A stretch of 64,000 bases of DNA from an uncultured Alphaproteobacteria bacterium (GTDB lineage Bacteria > Pseudomonadota > Alphaproteobacteria > HIMB59). Shown here one piece after another: positions 42,095 to 50,525 of the stretch; the stretch's first letter is position 1; each line of letters starts with the position of its first letter. The notes beneath the pieces are model-generated. The model saw only the letters and a list, made by a program, of their open reading frames with translations. It was not told where the DNA came from and did not search any database. Made by a program: the position numbers and the translations under genes. Location of the stretch: contig CACLVL010000001.1 of NCBI GenBank assembly GCA_902610415.1, positions 21,530 to 85,529 on the forward strand, in the 5' to 3' direction.

Positions 42095-43744
42095 TTACTC
42101 CAAAAGATCTTCCAGTGCATCGAGTTGGTCTGTATTTACAACCTCACTCTCACTCTCAGTTAATTTACCAGTGTAATTTTCTATGCCAAGATAAGCTACT
42201 TCAGACTCTCCATAAGGCATTGTTATGAAAAGCCTATAATATAGACCGTTTTTTTCAAAAAAATTTGACATTCTTTCACAGCCATAAAGACCAAAATTTT
42301 CTTTAACGAATTTATTTGTTGCATGTTCAAAATATTCATTTTTTTGGTTTAAATATATGGACTTTAACTGTGGAACGTTGCAAGCATTCCATGGATTATA
42401 ATAACCCTGTTTGAATCCGTATAGGTCAATAGTTCCATCTTTGTTTATATCTGCTTTTTCTATTCTGAATGAATCATTGATTGAAGTTGGTATGATTTGA
42501 TGTTTTTCAAAGTTATTATCTCCAATATTTTTAAAGATATATAAAAATGCCTCATCTTTACAGTCACCTCCACTTCGACTAAATGGTTTTGTTATATCAT
42601 TTCTTTTACAGACGACTTCTTTTTCTAAACCAATGCTATCTACAAAACCATCTTTGTTAAAATCAATTGTTGAAGAAATCCATGCCCTGTCAGCTTGTTT
42701 AAATTCTTTTTTATTGGTACCCTCTACCCAATAACCAGGTTTTTTTTGGACATCTCCAGTCCAAATTAAAAACTTAGCTCGATCATTTGGTTTAGATTTA
42801 AGTTCATAATTATCTAATTTATTAAATGTAAGCTTATTATTTTTGTAATTTATTTTTGACCAGCAAAATGTTGTATCACCTAAATTTGGACATCCACCAA
42901 ACATAATCGCTCCATCTTTTGATGGGAGTATATGATTAAAACCAATATCAATAAATTGATTAGCATTTTTAGACTTTGTACATTTTTTTGTCTTTAAGTC
43001 ACAAACCTCAATCTGTGGACCTGGATCATAAAAATAATCAATTATTTCAAAAAATCCGTCATTATTAAAATCGGCATACATAAGATCGTGAGAAAAATGT
43101 GAAGAGCCAAATTTAGAGAGACTATTATCATTTAAATCGAATATGTAGTTGAAATCTTTCCAGCTACTATCTCTACTTCTACCATCTTCTCTATTTGACA
43201 AATATACTATTTCCTTATCTCCATCATTATCTGTATCAATTGTGTCAAGCCTTCTTGCTGTAAGAGGAAGATCATAATGGCTAGAAGTTATTTGGTTTAA
43301 ATTATTACTAAAAATTTCACTGATATTCGCTATGTCTATGACTACCAAATGTGAAAAAGGTTGTTTTTTTGAGTTATCGCCCCACGCTACAACATTGTTC
43401 CAAGTATGAGCTACAATTTTTTCACCATCTTTATTGTTTATGTACCTTAAGAGTAAAGACCTGTTCCAGGTGTTAGTATCAAAGTCATGTGACTTTACCT
43501 CATATTCGTTGCTGAGTTCCTGAATAATTAAACAGTCATTTCTTTTATTAATTCTTAGAAATTCTGTTTTAAGTTTTTTACAATCAAAGGGCTTAAATGA
43601 TTGTTTTTTACTATCGATTGTTTGTATTTCTGACGATGTTGGGGAAGAGTTGGATTGAGACCCGTCTACTTGTTTACCATCACTGAAGGTTAGTCCCCAG
43701 CTCAGGGTAGGTATGAAAAAGAATAAAAAAACAAACTTATTCAT
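42095..43744 (-). CDS. Secreted FG-GAP/VCBS repeat protein
   Basis: Signal peptide; DTDNDGDKEI, ADFNNDG, DFNKDG, ADINKDG Ca-binding-type motifs. Confidence 0.8.
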   Translation of the reverse strand: MNKFVFLFFFIPTLSWGLTFSDGKQVDGSQSNSSPTSSEIQTIDSKKQSFKPFDCKKLKTEFLRINKRNDCLIIQELSNEYEVKSHDFDTNTWNRSLLLRYINNKDGEKIVAHTWNNVVAWGDNSKKQPFSHLVVIDIANISEIFSNNLNQITSSHYDLPLTARRLDTIDTDNDGDKEIVYLSNREDGRSRDSSWKDFNYIFDLNDNSLSKFGSSHFSHDLMYADFNNDGFFEIIDYFYDPGPQIEVCDLKTKKCTKSKNANQFIDIGFNHILPSKDGAIMFGGCPNLGDTTFCWSKINYKNNKLTFNKLDNYELKSKPNDRAKFLIWTGDVQKKPGYWVEGTNKKEFKQADRAWISSTIDFNKDGFVDSIGLEKEVVCKRNDITKPFSRSGGDCKDEAFLYIFKNIGDNNFEKHQIIPTSINDSFRIEKADINKDGTIDLYGFKQGYYNPWNACNVPQLKSIYLNQKNEYFEHATNKFVKENFGLYGCERMSNFFEKNGLYYRLFITMPYGESEVAYLGIENYTGKLTESESEVVNTDQLDALEDLLE

Positions 43745-43972
43745 ATTAATTTTTGTTATAAAGTAACAAAATAATATTTTTTTTCAAATCTTTTGCTAAC
43801 AACTTTGAATTTAATAAATTATTAAGCTAATTTTATAAAATTAACCCTAACTAAACAATGTGTACAGAAAATACACGCTTTTTTATGTTTTTAACTGTAA
43901 ACCTTTGTTTAGCATTACCTAAAAGAACAAGTTTTTGTCGTTTTTTGTTCATTATGATAAGAAAGTACTCTA

Positions 43973-44017
43973 TTGGTAAGGGTGAGGTCGGAATTTCAAT
44001 TCTTCTCGGCGGATCCA
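43973..44017 (+). repeat. Degenerate 3' half of tRNA-Thr(GGT), att-like direct repeat
   Basis: TTGGTAAGGGTGAGGTCGGAATTTCAATTCTTCTCGGCGGATCCA versus 40909-40953: 41/45 identical, beginning at the anticodon loop. Confidence 0.93.
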
Positions 44018-44033
44018 AAGAATAAACTTTTAA

Positions 44034-45863
44034 ATGCATAAATATAATATTTTAAAAAAAATACTTAATAATCTTATTTTAGAAAATGATTTATCTGATT
44101 TATCTCTTGAAAAATCAAATGATAATTTATCAAAACTTTTTAGAGCCTTTATAATGCAATTTTATAGTGATCATCCAGATAATCAAAAATCAAAATTAAT
44201 TTTAGAGTCTGAAAGTAATAGTTCAACTTTGAATGTATTAGAGACATTTTTTAAAATAGATGAAGAAGTCATTAAAAGCAAAATCGAAACTCAATCAAGT
44301 TGTCATATTTGGGATTTATTTTGTCCAGAGGCAATTGAGGCATCTGAAGATCCAAATGTATTATCAAAGAAATTATTAGAGAAGAGAAAATTAAATAATA
44401 TTAAAGAGAGTAATAATTTATTAACAAATCCATCTAAAGAAATTTTATTTTCAAGTAATGTTCTAATAACTACTCCTTCAGATTTTTCTTCGCCAAATAT
44501 TCCTAAAGAAATCAAAGATGAAGTACAAGAATATAAAAATCTTAATCAAAGTTTTTGGTATGATCACCCTATCCCATTAGATGCATCAAAAGATGAAAAT
44601 GAAATTATATACGGATTAGAAAATCTTGATAACGCATTAGCTTTTGAGGTTCAAAGAAATAATATTGATAAATCAGATAAAATTACTCTTGTTTTATCAG
44701 TCTCTGTCACTCATCAAGGATTAGAAAAAATTGCACTTAAATACATCAAATCCATAATAAAAAAACATTTAAAATTAAAGTATATCGATCTATTTTTATA
44801 TGATGAAGATACCTGTAACAAAATTACTTCATTAGTATTCCCTGATAAAGATCCGACTAATAACATTATGGGCGTTAATGGAAATTATGGAAGGCATTTT
44901 ACTTTTTTAAAATACATATTATTGCTCTGGAACAAATTTGTGGACTCAAAGATGAGTTATAGCTATAAAATAGATCTAGACCAAATTTTTGATCAAGAGG
45001 TTCTTTTAGAAACAACAGGATTTTCAGTTTTTGAGATTTTTAAAAACCAAAAATATTGGGGTGGTACAGCTACTGATCAAGATGGATACAATGTTGATCT
45101 TGGCTTATTAGCAGGTGCTTTGGTAAACAAAAAAGATATCTCTCAAGGTTTGTTTACACCTGATGTAAAAAGACCTGTAAATAATGATTTATTTTCTAAG
45201 CTTTCTTCAAAGAAAATTTTTTGTCCAGAGTGGCCTCAGTCAATTTCTACCGAAATTGAGTTAATGTACCGCTCAGATGATATTCAAAGAGTCCATGTAA
45301 CCGGTGGTACAACTGGGATAACTTTAGATAGTTTAAAAAAATGGGTACCCTTTACCCCTAGTTTTATAAATAGGGCAGAGGATCAAGCTTTTGGTATTTC
45401 CACTATAAAAGAAAATGCATATTTAAGTCACTGTCATGGAAAAGATTTAATTATGAGACATGACAAACATGCTTTCGCTACAAAAAGTATCGAGATGTCT
45501 AAAGTTGGAAAAGAGATTGGAAATTTGGAGAGGATATTGTTATTTAGTTATTACGCCAATGAGCATGAATTAGGTTTTGATAAATTAAAACATAGGTTAT
45601 GGCCATTTACATCATCCTTTCTATCGAGGTATCCTGAACTTTTGACTGGGCTTATATTTTTAATTGATGGATGTTTTAATGGAGGTGACTATGTCAGCTC
45701 TGGATCGAAAAGATTAATGGATACTCATCTTTTTTGTAAAACGAAATTAAATACACAACTGCAAAATGAAAAATTTTTTTGGAAAGAGCTTGTGGAAAGA
45801 TTAGAGAATTTCAAAGATTTTAATAATAACCTCAAATCAATCATTAGTTCAAATAAGATCTAA
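44034..45863 (+). CDS. Large hypothetical protein
   Basis: 609-aa ORF; WYDHPIP, YGRHF, KIDLDQ, HVTGGT, RAEDQA look like conserved motifs; family not recognised. Confidence 0.75.
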   Translation: MHKYNILKKILNNLILENDLSDLSLEKSNDNLSKLFRAFIMQFYSDHPDNQKSKLILESESNSSTLNVLETFFKIDEEVIKSKIETQSSCHIWDLFCPEAIEASEDPNVLSKKLLEKRKLNNIKESNNLLTNPSKEILFSSNVLITTPSDFSSPNIPKEIKDEVQEYKNLNQSFWYDHPIPLDASKDENEIIYGLENLDNALAFEVQRNNIDKSDKITLVLSVSVTHQGLEKIALKYIKSIIKKHLKLKYIDLFLYDEDTCNKITSLVFPDKDPTNNIMGVNGNYGRHFTFLKYILLLWNKFVDSKMSYSYKIDLDQIFDQEVLLETTGFSVFEIFKNQKYWGGTATDQDGYNVDLGLLAGALVNKKDISQGLFTPDVKRPVNNDLFSKLSSKKIFCPEWPQSISTEIELMYRSDDIQRVHVTGGTTGITLDSLKKWVPFTPSFINRAEDQAFGISTIKENAYLSHCHGKDLIMRHDKHAFATKSIEMSKVGKEIGNLERILLFSYYANEHELGFDKLKHRLWPFTSSFLSRYPELLTGLIFLIDGCFNGGDYVSSGSKRLMDTHLFCKTKLNTQLQNEKFFWKELVERLENFKDFNNNLKSIISSNKI

Positions 45864-45926
45864 CTTACAATATATTCAAATATAGTTTTTTGTATAATTG
45901 CTAATAAATTAGTATTAAATGTAATT

Positions 45927-46526
45927 ATGGGTTTAGAAATTAGAAAGTTTGTAAACTACTCTGAATTAGTACATATAGAAGGTTTTAAAAAAGCTGATAA
46001 ACCTCTGCATATATTTGCTGTTGCAGCTGTCATAACAAATCCTTGGTCTGGTAAATATATTGATGATTTAAAATCAGAAATTCAATCATTTGCACCCATT
46101 CTAGGACAAGAATTATCAGAGAGAATACTTAAAATTGCTGGAGGCCCCAATCACGTTGAAGCCTACGGTAAGGCTGCAGTAGTGGGAACTGAGGGGGAAA
46201 TTGAGCATGGTTCTGCGTTTACTCATACACTTAGATTTGGAAACTTTTTTCGAAATGCAGTTGATGCAAAAACTTATCTAATTTTTACAAATACCAGAGG
46301 GCCAGCTAATGCCCCTATAATGATACCCTTAATGGACAAACACGATCCTGGCAAAAGATCTCATTATCACACAATACAATTTGCTATTTCAGATAGCCCA
46401 GCTGCGAACGAAATTGTTATTGCTTTGGGTGGAGCTGACGGTGGGAGACCCCATCATAGAATTGGAGATCGATATCAAGATTTAAAAGAACTTGGTAATG
46501 ATATCGATGATCCTGCAAAAAAATAA
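45927..46526 (+). CDS. Amino acid synthesis family protein (DUF1185-like)
   Basis: AVITNPW, EAYGKAAVVG..GEIEH, RSHY, GGRPH.R. Confidence 0.85.
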   Translation: MGLEIRKFVNYSELVHIEGFKKADKPLHIFAVAAVITNPWSGKYIDDLKSEIQSFAPILGQELSERILKIAGGPNHVEAYGKAAVVGTEGEIEHGSAFTHTLRFGNFFRNAVDAKTYLIFTNTRGPANAPIMIPLMDKHDPGKRSHYHTIQFAISDSPAANEIVIALGGADGGRPHHRIGDRYQDLKELGNDIDDPAKK

Positions 46527-47322
46527 ATCTCAAAACGGTATTGCTTTTCATAAATCTGGCAAAGGAGATCCGATTATTTTAATTCATGGTCTTGGACTCA
46601 GTGCAGAATGTTGGTACAAACAAATTTCTTTTTTAAAGAAAAATTATACTGTTTATGCTTTAGATCTACCCGGACATGGCAAAAGTGATCTTTTATCACA
46701 AGCAAAACCTCAATTAAAAAACTACAGCAATAAAATAATAAATTTTATTAAAGATAAAAAAATTATTAAACCCATTTTAATTGGGCACTCTTTGGGAGCA
46801 TTAATAACTATACAAATAGCAGGTCAAAATCCAAAACTATTAAAATCTGGTATTGCTGTATCACCGATTTTTAATAGATCAAAATTAGCATTAAAAAAAG
46901 TTCGTGTTAGATCTAAAGAATTAGAATTGAATACTGATAAAAAAAATATTGCCAGGGAACCTCTTAAAAGATGGTTTGGTTCATCTAAAACTAAAATTGC
47001 TCTTGATAATTATAAATTTGTTGAACGTTTAATTAAAAATAATAAAAAATCATTTAATTATAAAGGGTACTCGATTGGTTATAAAACTTTTTCAGAACTT
47101 AAAGGAAACACCAATGAGGTAATTAAGAAAATTAAGTGTCCAATGATGTTCATTACAGGTGAAAAAGATCAAAATTCCTGTCCTTTGATGTCAAAAAAAT
47201 TAGCTAGATTTCATAACAGTAAAGTATTGATTATAAAAAATGCAAAACATGCGTTATTTTTAACTCATTTCAATCAATTTAATTTTCATTTAAATCAATT
47301 TATTAAGGGTTTAGAGTATTAA
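46492..47322 (+). CDS. Alpha/beta hydrolase
   Basis: IHGLG, DLPGHGKS, GHSLG nucleophile elbow, Asp and His positions; start uncertain (ATG 46507 possible). Confidence 0.88.
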   Translation: MVMISMILQKNKSQNGIAFHKSGKGDPIILIHGLGLSAECWYKQISFLKKNYTVYALDLPGHGKSDLLSQAKPQLKNYSNKIINFIKDKKIIKPILIGHSLGALITIQIAGQNPKLLKSGIAVSPIFNRSKLALKKVRVRSKELELNTDKKNIAREPLKRWFGSSKTKIALDNYKFVERLIKNNKKSFNYKGYSIGYKTFSELKGNTNEVIKKIKCPMMFITGEKDQNSCPLMSKKLARFHNSKVLIIKNAKHALFLTHFNQFNFHLNQFIKGLEY

Positions 47323-47337
47323 CAGGTTAAATAAATT

Positions 47338-48375
47338 ATGAAATTTTCCTTATTCGTTCATATGATCAGAGATAATGCTGATCAATCATATACTCAATTA
47401 TATGAGGATTTCATTAGTCTATGCCAAATGGCGGATCAAAGTGATATGAGAGCAATCTGGACTGGTGAGCATCATGCGATGAACTATGCGATTGCTCCAA
47501 ATCCCTTTATTACGATTGCAGATCTTTGCCGATATACAAAAAATATAAAATTGGGAACAGGAACATTGATCGTTCCTTTTTGGCATCCAATTAAATTAGC
47601 TGGCGAAGCAGCTATTACTGACGTCTTGTCTAACGGCAGATTAGAATTAGGTCTTGCAAGAGGGGCTTACTTGTATGAATACGATAGAATTATACCTGGA
47701 ATGGACGCTATGGAGGCTGGTTTACGCATGAGAGAAATAGTTCCAACTCTTCAAAAATTGTGGAAGGGTGACTATACTCATGATGGAAAATATTTTCAAT
47801 TTCCAAGCACAACTTCTATTCCCAAACCTTTACAAGACAATGGACCCCCAATATGGATAGCAGCCAGAGACCCTAATAGCCATGAATTTGCTATAGCTAA
47901 TGATTGGGATGTTCAAGTAACACCACTATGGAAAGGCTTTAATGAAATTGAAAGATTAAAAAATATATTTGATGATATATGCGCCAAATATTCCGATAAA
48001 CCAAAACCATTATCTATGGTTCTCAATCACTGCTATATAGGTGGCAATGATGATGACATACAAAAAGGTGCTGTCGCTGTATCAAAATTTTATAATAACT
48101 TTGGTGCTTGGTTTAAAAACAATCGATCAGTTATTCAAGGAACTATGGACCCTCTTACTCAAGAGGAATTTGATAATAATGAAATGTGTTCGCCAAATGA
48201 GATGAAAAAAAATCAAAATATTGGAACCTTAAATGAAGTAATTGATAATATTAAACGATATGAAGATTTAGGCTTTGATGAGTACTCTATTTGGATTGAC
48301 TCTCACTTAAGTATAGATGATAAAAAAGTTTTTTTAGATAGATTTATCTCTGATGTAATGCCTCGGTTTCAATAA
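47338..48375 (+). CDS. Luciferase-like (LLM) flavin-dependent monooxygenase
   Basis: WTGEHH, HPIKLA.E, SNGRLELG..RG, PKPLQ..PPIWIA. Confidence 0.9.
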   Translation: MKFSLFVHMIRDNADQSYTQLYEDFISLCQMADQSDMRAIWTGEHHAMNYAIAPNPFITIADLCRYTKNIKLGTGTLIVPFWHPIKLAGEAAITDVLSNGRLELGLARGAYLYEYDRIIPGMDAMEAGLRMREIVPTLQKLWKGDYTHDGKYFQFPSTTSIPKPLQDNGPPIWIAARDPNSHEFAIANDWDVQVTPLWKGFNEIERLKNIFDDICAKYSDKPKPLSMVLNHCYIGGNDDDIQKGAVAVSKFYNNFGAWFKNNRSVIQGTMDPLTQEEFDNNEMCSPNEMKKNQNIGTLNEVIDNIKRYEDLGFDEYSIWIDSHLSIDDKKVFLDRFISDVMPRFQ

Positions 48376-49856
48376 TGGAAAAATTAAATAACCACTATCA
48401 ACTTTATATTAATGGGGAATGGCAATCTGGTTCCAAAAGTCAAATAATGCACTCAGAAAATCCCCATAATAATAAACCGTGGGCCAGTTTTGATTGTGCT
48501 AGCAAAGAAGATATAGATGATGCTGTAGGTTATGCAAAAAATGCTCTAGCTTCTAGAGCTTGGGGTTCGTTAAACGCCACTGAAAGAGGAAAATTATTGT
48601 TTAAACTTGCCGATTTAATTGAAAAAAATGCAGATAAAATTGGAAAGATAGAAACAAAGGATAGTGGAAAATTATTAGCTGAAACAGTTACTCAAACTAA
48701 ATATGTCTCTGACTATTATAGATATTTTGCAGGATTAGCAGATAAGATTGAGGGCTCTACTCTACCCATTGATAAAAAAGATATGCATGTTTACACAACA
48801 CACTATCCAATTGGTGTAGTGGCTGCCGTTGTTCCTTGGAACGCTCAAATGTTTCTAACAGCTACAAAATTAGCACCCGCACTAGCTGCAGGATGTAGTG
48901 TTATAATAAAAGCATCAGAAATGGCCCCATGTGCGATGTTTGAATTATCAAAATTAATTCATGAAGCTGGCTTCCCAAAAGGAGTTGTCTCGATAGTAAC
49001 TGGTGATGCGGAGAATTGTTCAGCACCTTTAACCTCACACCCCGATATTGATAGAATAGCTTTTACTGGAGGAACTGATACAGCTAAAAAAATTATACAA
49101 AATTCTTCAAATAATTTTGCTGCAACTAATTTAGAGCTCGGTGGAAAATCTCCCATGATTATTTTTGATGATGCTGACCTTGAGAGTGCAGCAAATGGAA
49201 TAATTGCAGGAAACTTTGGTGCCTCCGGACAGTCTTGTGTAGCTGGTAGTAGAGTAATAGTAGACAAAAAAATATTAAAAAAGATAATTGATTTAATAAG
49301 CCAAAAATCTGAGTCAATTATTGTAGGAGATCCCGAAAATTCAAACAGTAATCTGGGGCCTCTTTGCACAAAAAAACAAATTCAAAAAATTGAAAAAACA
49401 CTTAAAAAATCTATTCAGCAAGGAGGAAAAATTATCTTTGGTGGAAATAAAGTTAGAGGAGAGGGTAATTACTTTGAGCCAACTTTGATACATTGTCCAA
49501 ATAATCAAATTGAAACAATTAAAATTGAAATGTTTGGGCCAGTGATCTCAATAATAGAGTTTGAGAATGAGGAAGAAGCAATCAATATTGCAAATAGCTC
49601 AAAATATGGTCTTGGGTCAGGAATTTTTACAAAAAATTTAGCTAAAGCACATAGGGTATCAAGACAAATTCAAGCAGGAATTTGTTGGATAAATACATAT
49701 CGAGCTATTTCACCTATTGCACCTTTTGGAGGTTTTAATCAATCTGGCTATGCAAGAGAGGCTGGAAAGCAATCCATTTTAGATTACACTAGAACTAAAA
49801 CCACTTGGATTAACATATCTGATGATCCAATGACTGATCCTTTTGTAATGAGATAA
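48375..49856 (+). CDS. Aldehyde dehydrogenase
   Basis: PWN, FTGG, LELGGKSP, GQSCVAGSR, EMFGPV. Confidence 0.93.
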   Translation: MEKLNNHYQLYINGEWQSGSKSQIMHSENPHNNKPWASFDCASKEDIDDAVGYAKNALASRAWGSLNATERGKLLFKLADLIEKNADKIGKIETKDSGKLLAETVTQTKYVSDYYRYFAGLADKIEGSTLPIDKKDMHVYTTHYPIGVVAAVVPWNAQMFLTATKLAPALAAGCSVIIKASEMAPCAMFELSKLIHEAGFPKGVVSIVTGDAENCSAPLTSHPDIDRIAFTGGTDTAKKIIQNSSNNFAATNLELGGKSPMIIFDDADLESAANGIIAGNFGASGQSCVAGSRVIVDKKILKKIIDLISQKSESIIVGDPENSNSNLGPLCTKKQIQKIEKTLKKSIQQGGKIIFGGNKVRGEGNYFEPTLIHCPNNQIETIKIEMFGPVISIIEFENEEEAINIANSSKYGLGSGIFTKNLAKAHRVSRQIQAGICWINTYRAISPIAPFGGFNQSGYAREAGKQSILDYTRTKTTWINISDDPMTDPFVMR

Positions 49857-49869
49857 TTATTTAAGTTTA

Positions 49870-49977
49870 AAATAGAAAAGGACCTCTGATGTCTCGACCT
49901 CGTTTTGGTTTCCCTCTTCGCGGCCTCTACTTCTTTGGTCCTTTTCCTCGTTTTGGGAAGTTTCCTACCCTCTACAT
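49870..49977 (-). ncRNA. Candidate structured small RNA
   Basis: GC-rich non-coding stretch; 10-bp perfect stem; two GAAA-loop hairpins, each followed by AAAACGAGG; TTGTAA-N17-TATCAT promoter directly upstream. Confidence 0.6.
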
Positions 49978-49982
49978 TTTTA

Positions 49983-50011
49983 ATGATAATTTAATTAATT
50001 TTTTTTTACAA
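49983..50011 (-). promoter_or_regulatory. Sigma70-type promoter
   Basis: TTGTAA (50011-50006), 17 bp, TATCAT (49988-49983). Confidence 0.55.
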
Positions 50012-50072
50012 TTATAAAAATTAATTATTTACATTTTTCTGTTTATAATTTGTGAATAAGTTTTATTTGGTA

Positions 50073-50516
50073 TTAAATACTTGATAACTCTTCAATTACA
50101 TTTTTAACGTGATCTTTTACTCTAACGTTACTCCAAGTCTTAATAATATTACCTTTTTTATCTATTAGTACTGTTGATCTAATTATTCCATAATATTCCT
50201 TACCCAAAAATTTTTTTAGCCCCCAAGCTTTGTATTTTTTGAGAACTGTTGTTTTTTCATCAGATAATAAATCAAATCTTAGATTATTTTTTTCAATAAA
50301 TTTTTGATGACTTTCAATTGAATCTTTAGAAACACCCACAACTATTGCGTTGAGATTATTTATGATTTTGAGAGAATTATTGAAATCATTGGCCTCTAGA
50401 GAGCATCCAGATGTATTATCTCTAGGGTAAAAATATAAAATTATATTTTTCCCAAGGTGATCGCGTAGGTGAAATGTTCCTGAAGTACCGGGTAATTTAA
50501 AATTAGGAGCTTTCAT
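50073..50516 (-). CDS. bcp: BCP-type peroxiredoxin
   Basis: YFYPRDNTSGCSLEA, LLSD, RST.LID. Confidence 0.9.
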   Translation of the reverse strand: MKAPNFKLPGTSGTFHLRDHLGKNIILYFYPRDNTSGCSLEANDFNNSLKIINNLNAIVVGVSKDSIESHQKFIEKNNLRFDLLSDEKTTVLKKYKAWGLKKFLGKEYYGIIRSTVLIDKKGNIIKTWSNVRVKDHVKNVIEELSSI

Positions 50517-50525
50517 AATTAAATT

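Larger units (their letters stand above)
40954..43972. mobile_element. Island B between the intact tRNA-Thr and its degenerate 3' half (no integrase)
   Basis: Bounded by the tRNA 3' half and a 45-bp copy with 4 mismatches; two - strand secreted cargo genes. Confidence 0.75.

Noticed and set aside
38163-43972. Prophage or integron
   Set aside because: No integrase, structural or replication genes, and no repeated attC-like hairpins between the cargo genes.
43851-44039. 62-aa ORF in the track
   Set aside because: Its N-terminal part is the antisense translation of the tRNA-Thr 3' fragment and it overlaps the start of the 609-aa gene; likely spurious.
49870-49977. CRISPR mini-array or plain bidirectional terminator
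   Set aside because: The repeat is 11 nt in only two copies with no cas genes, and the stem encloses a 52-nt interior, too long for an intrinsic terminator.
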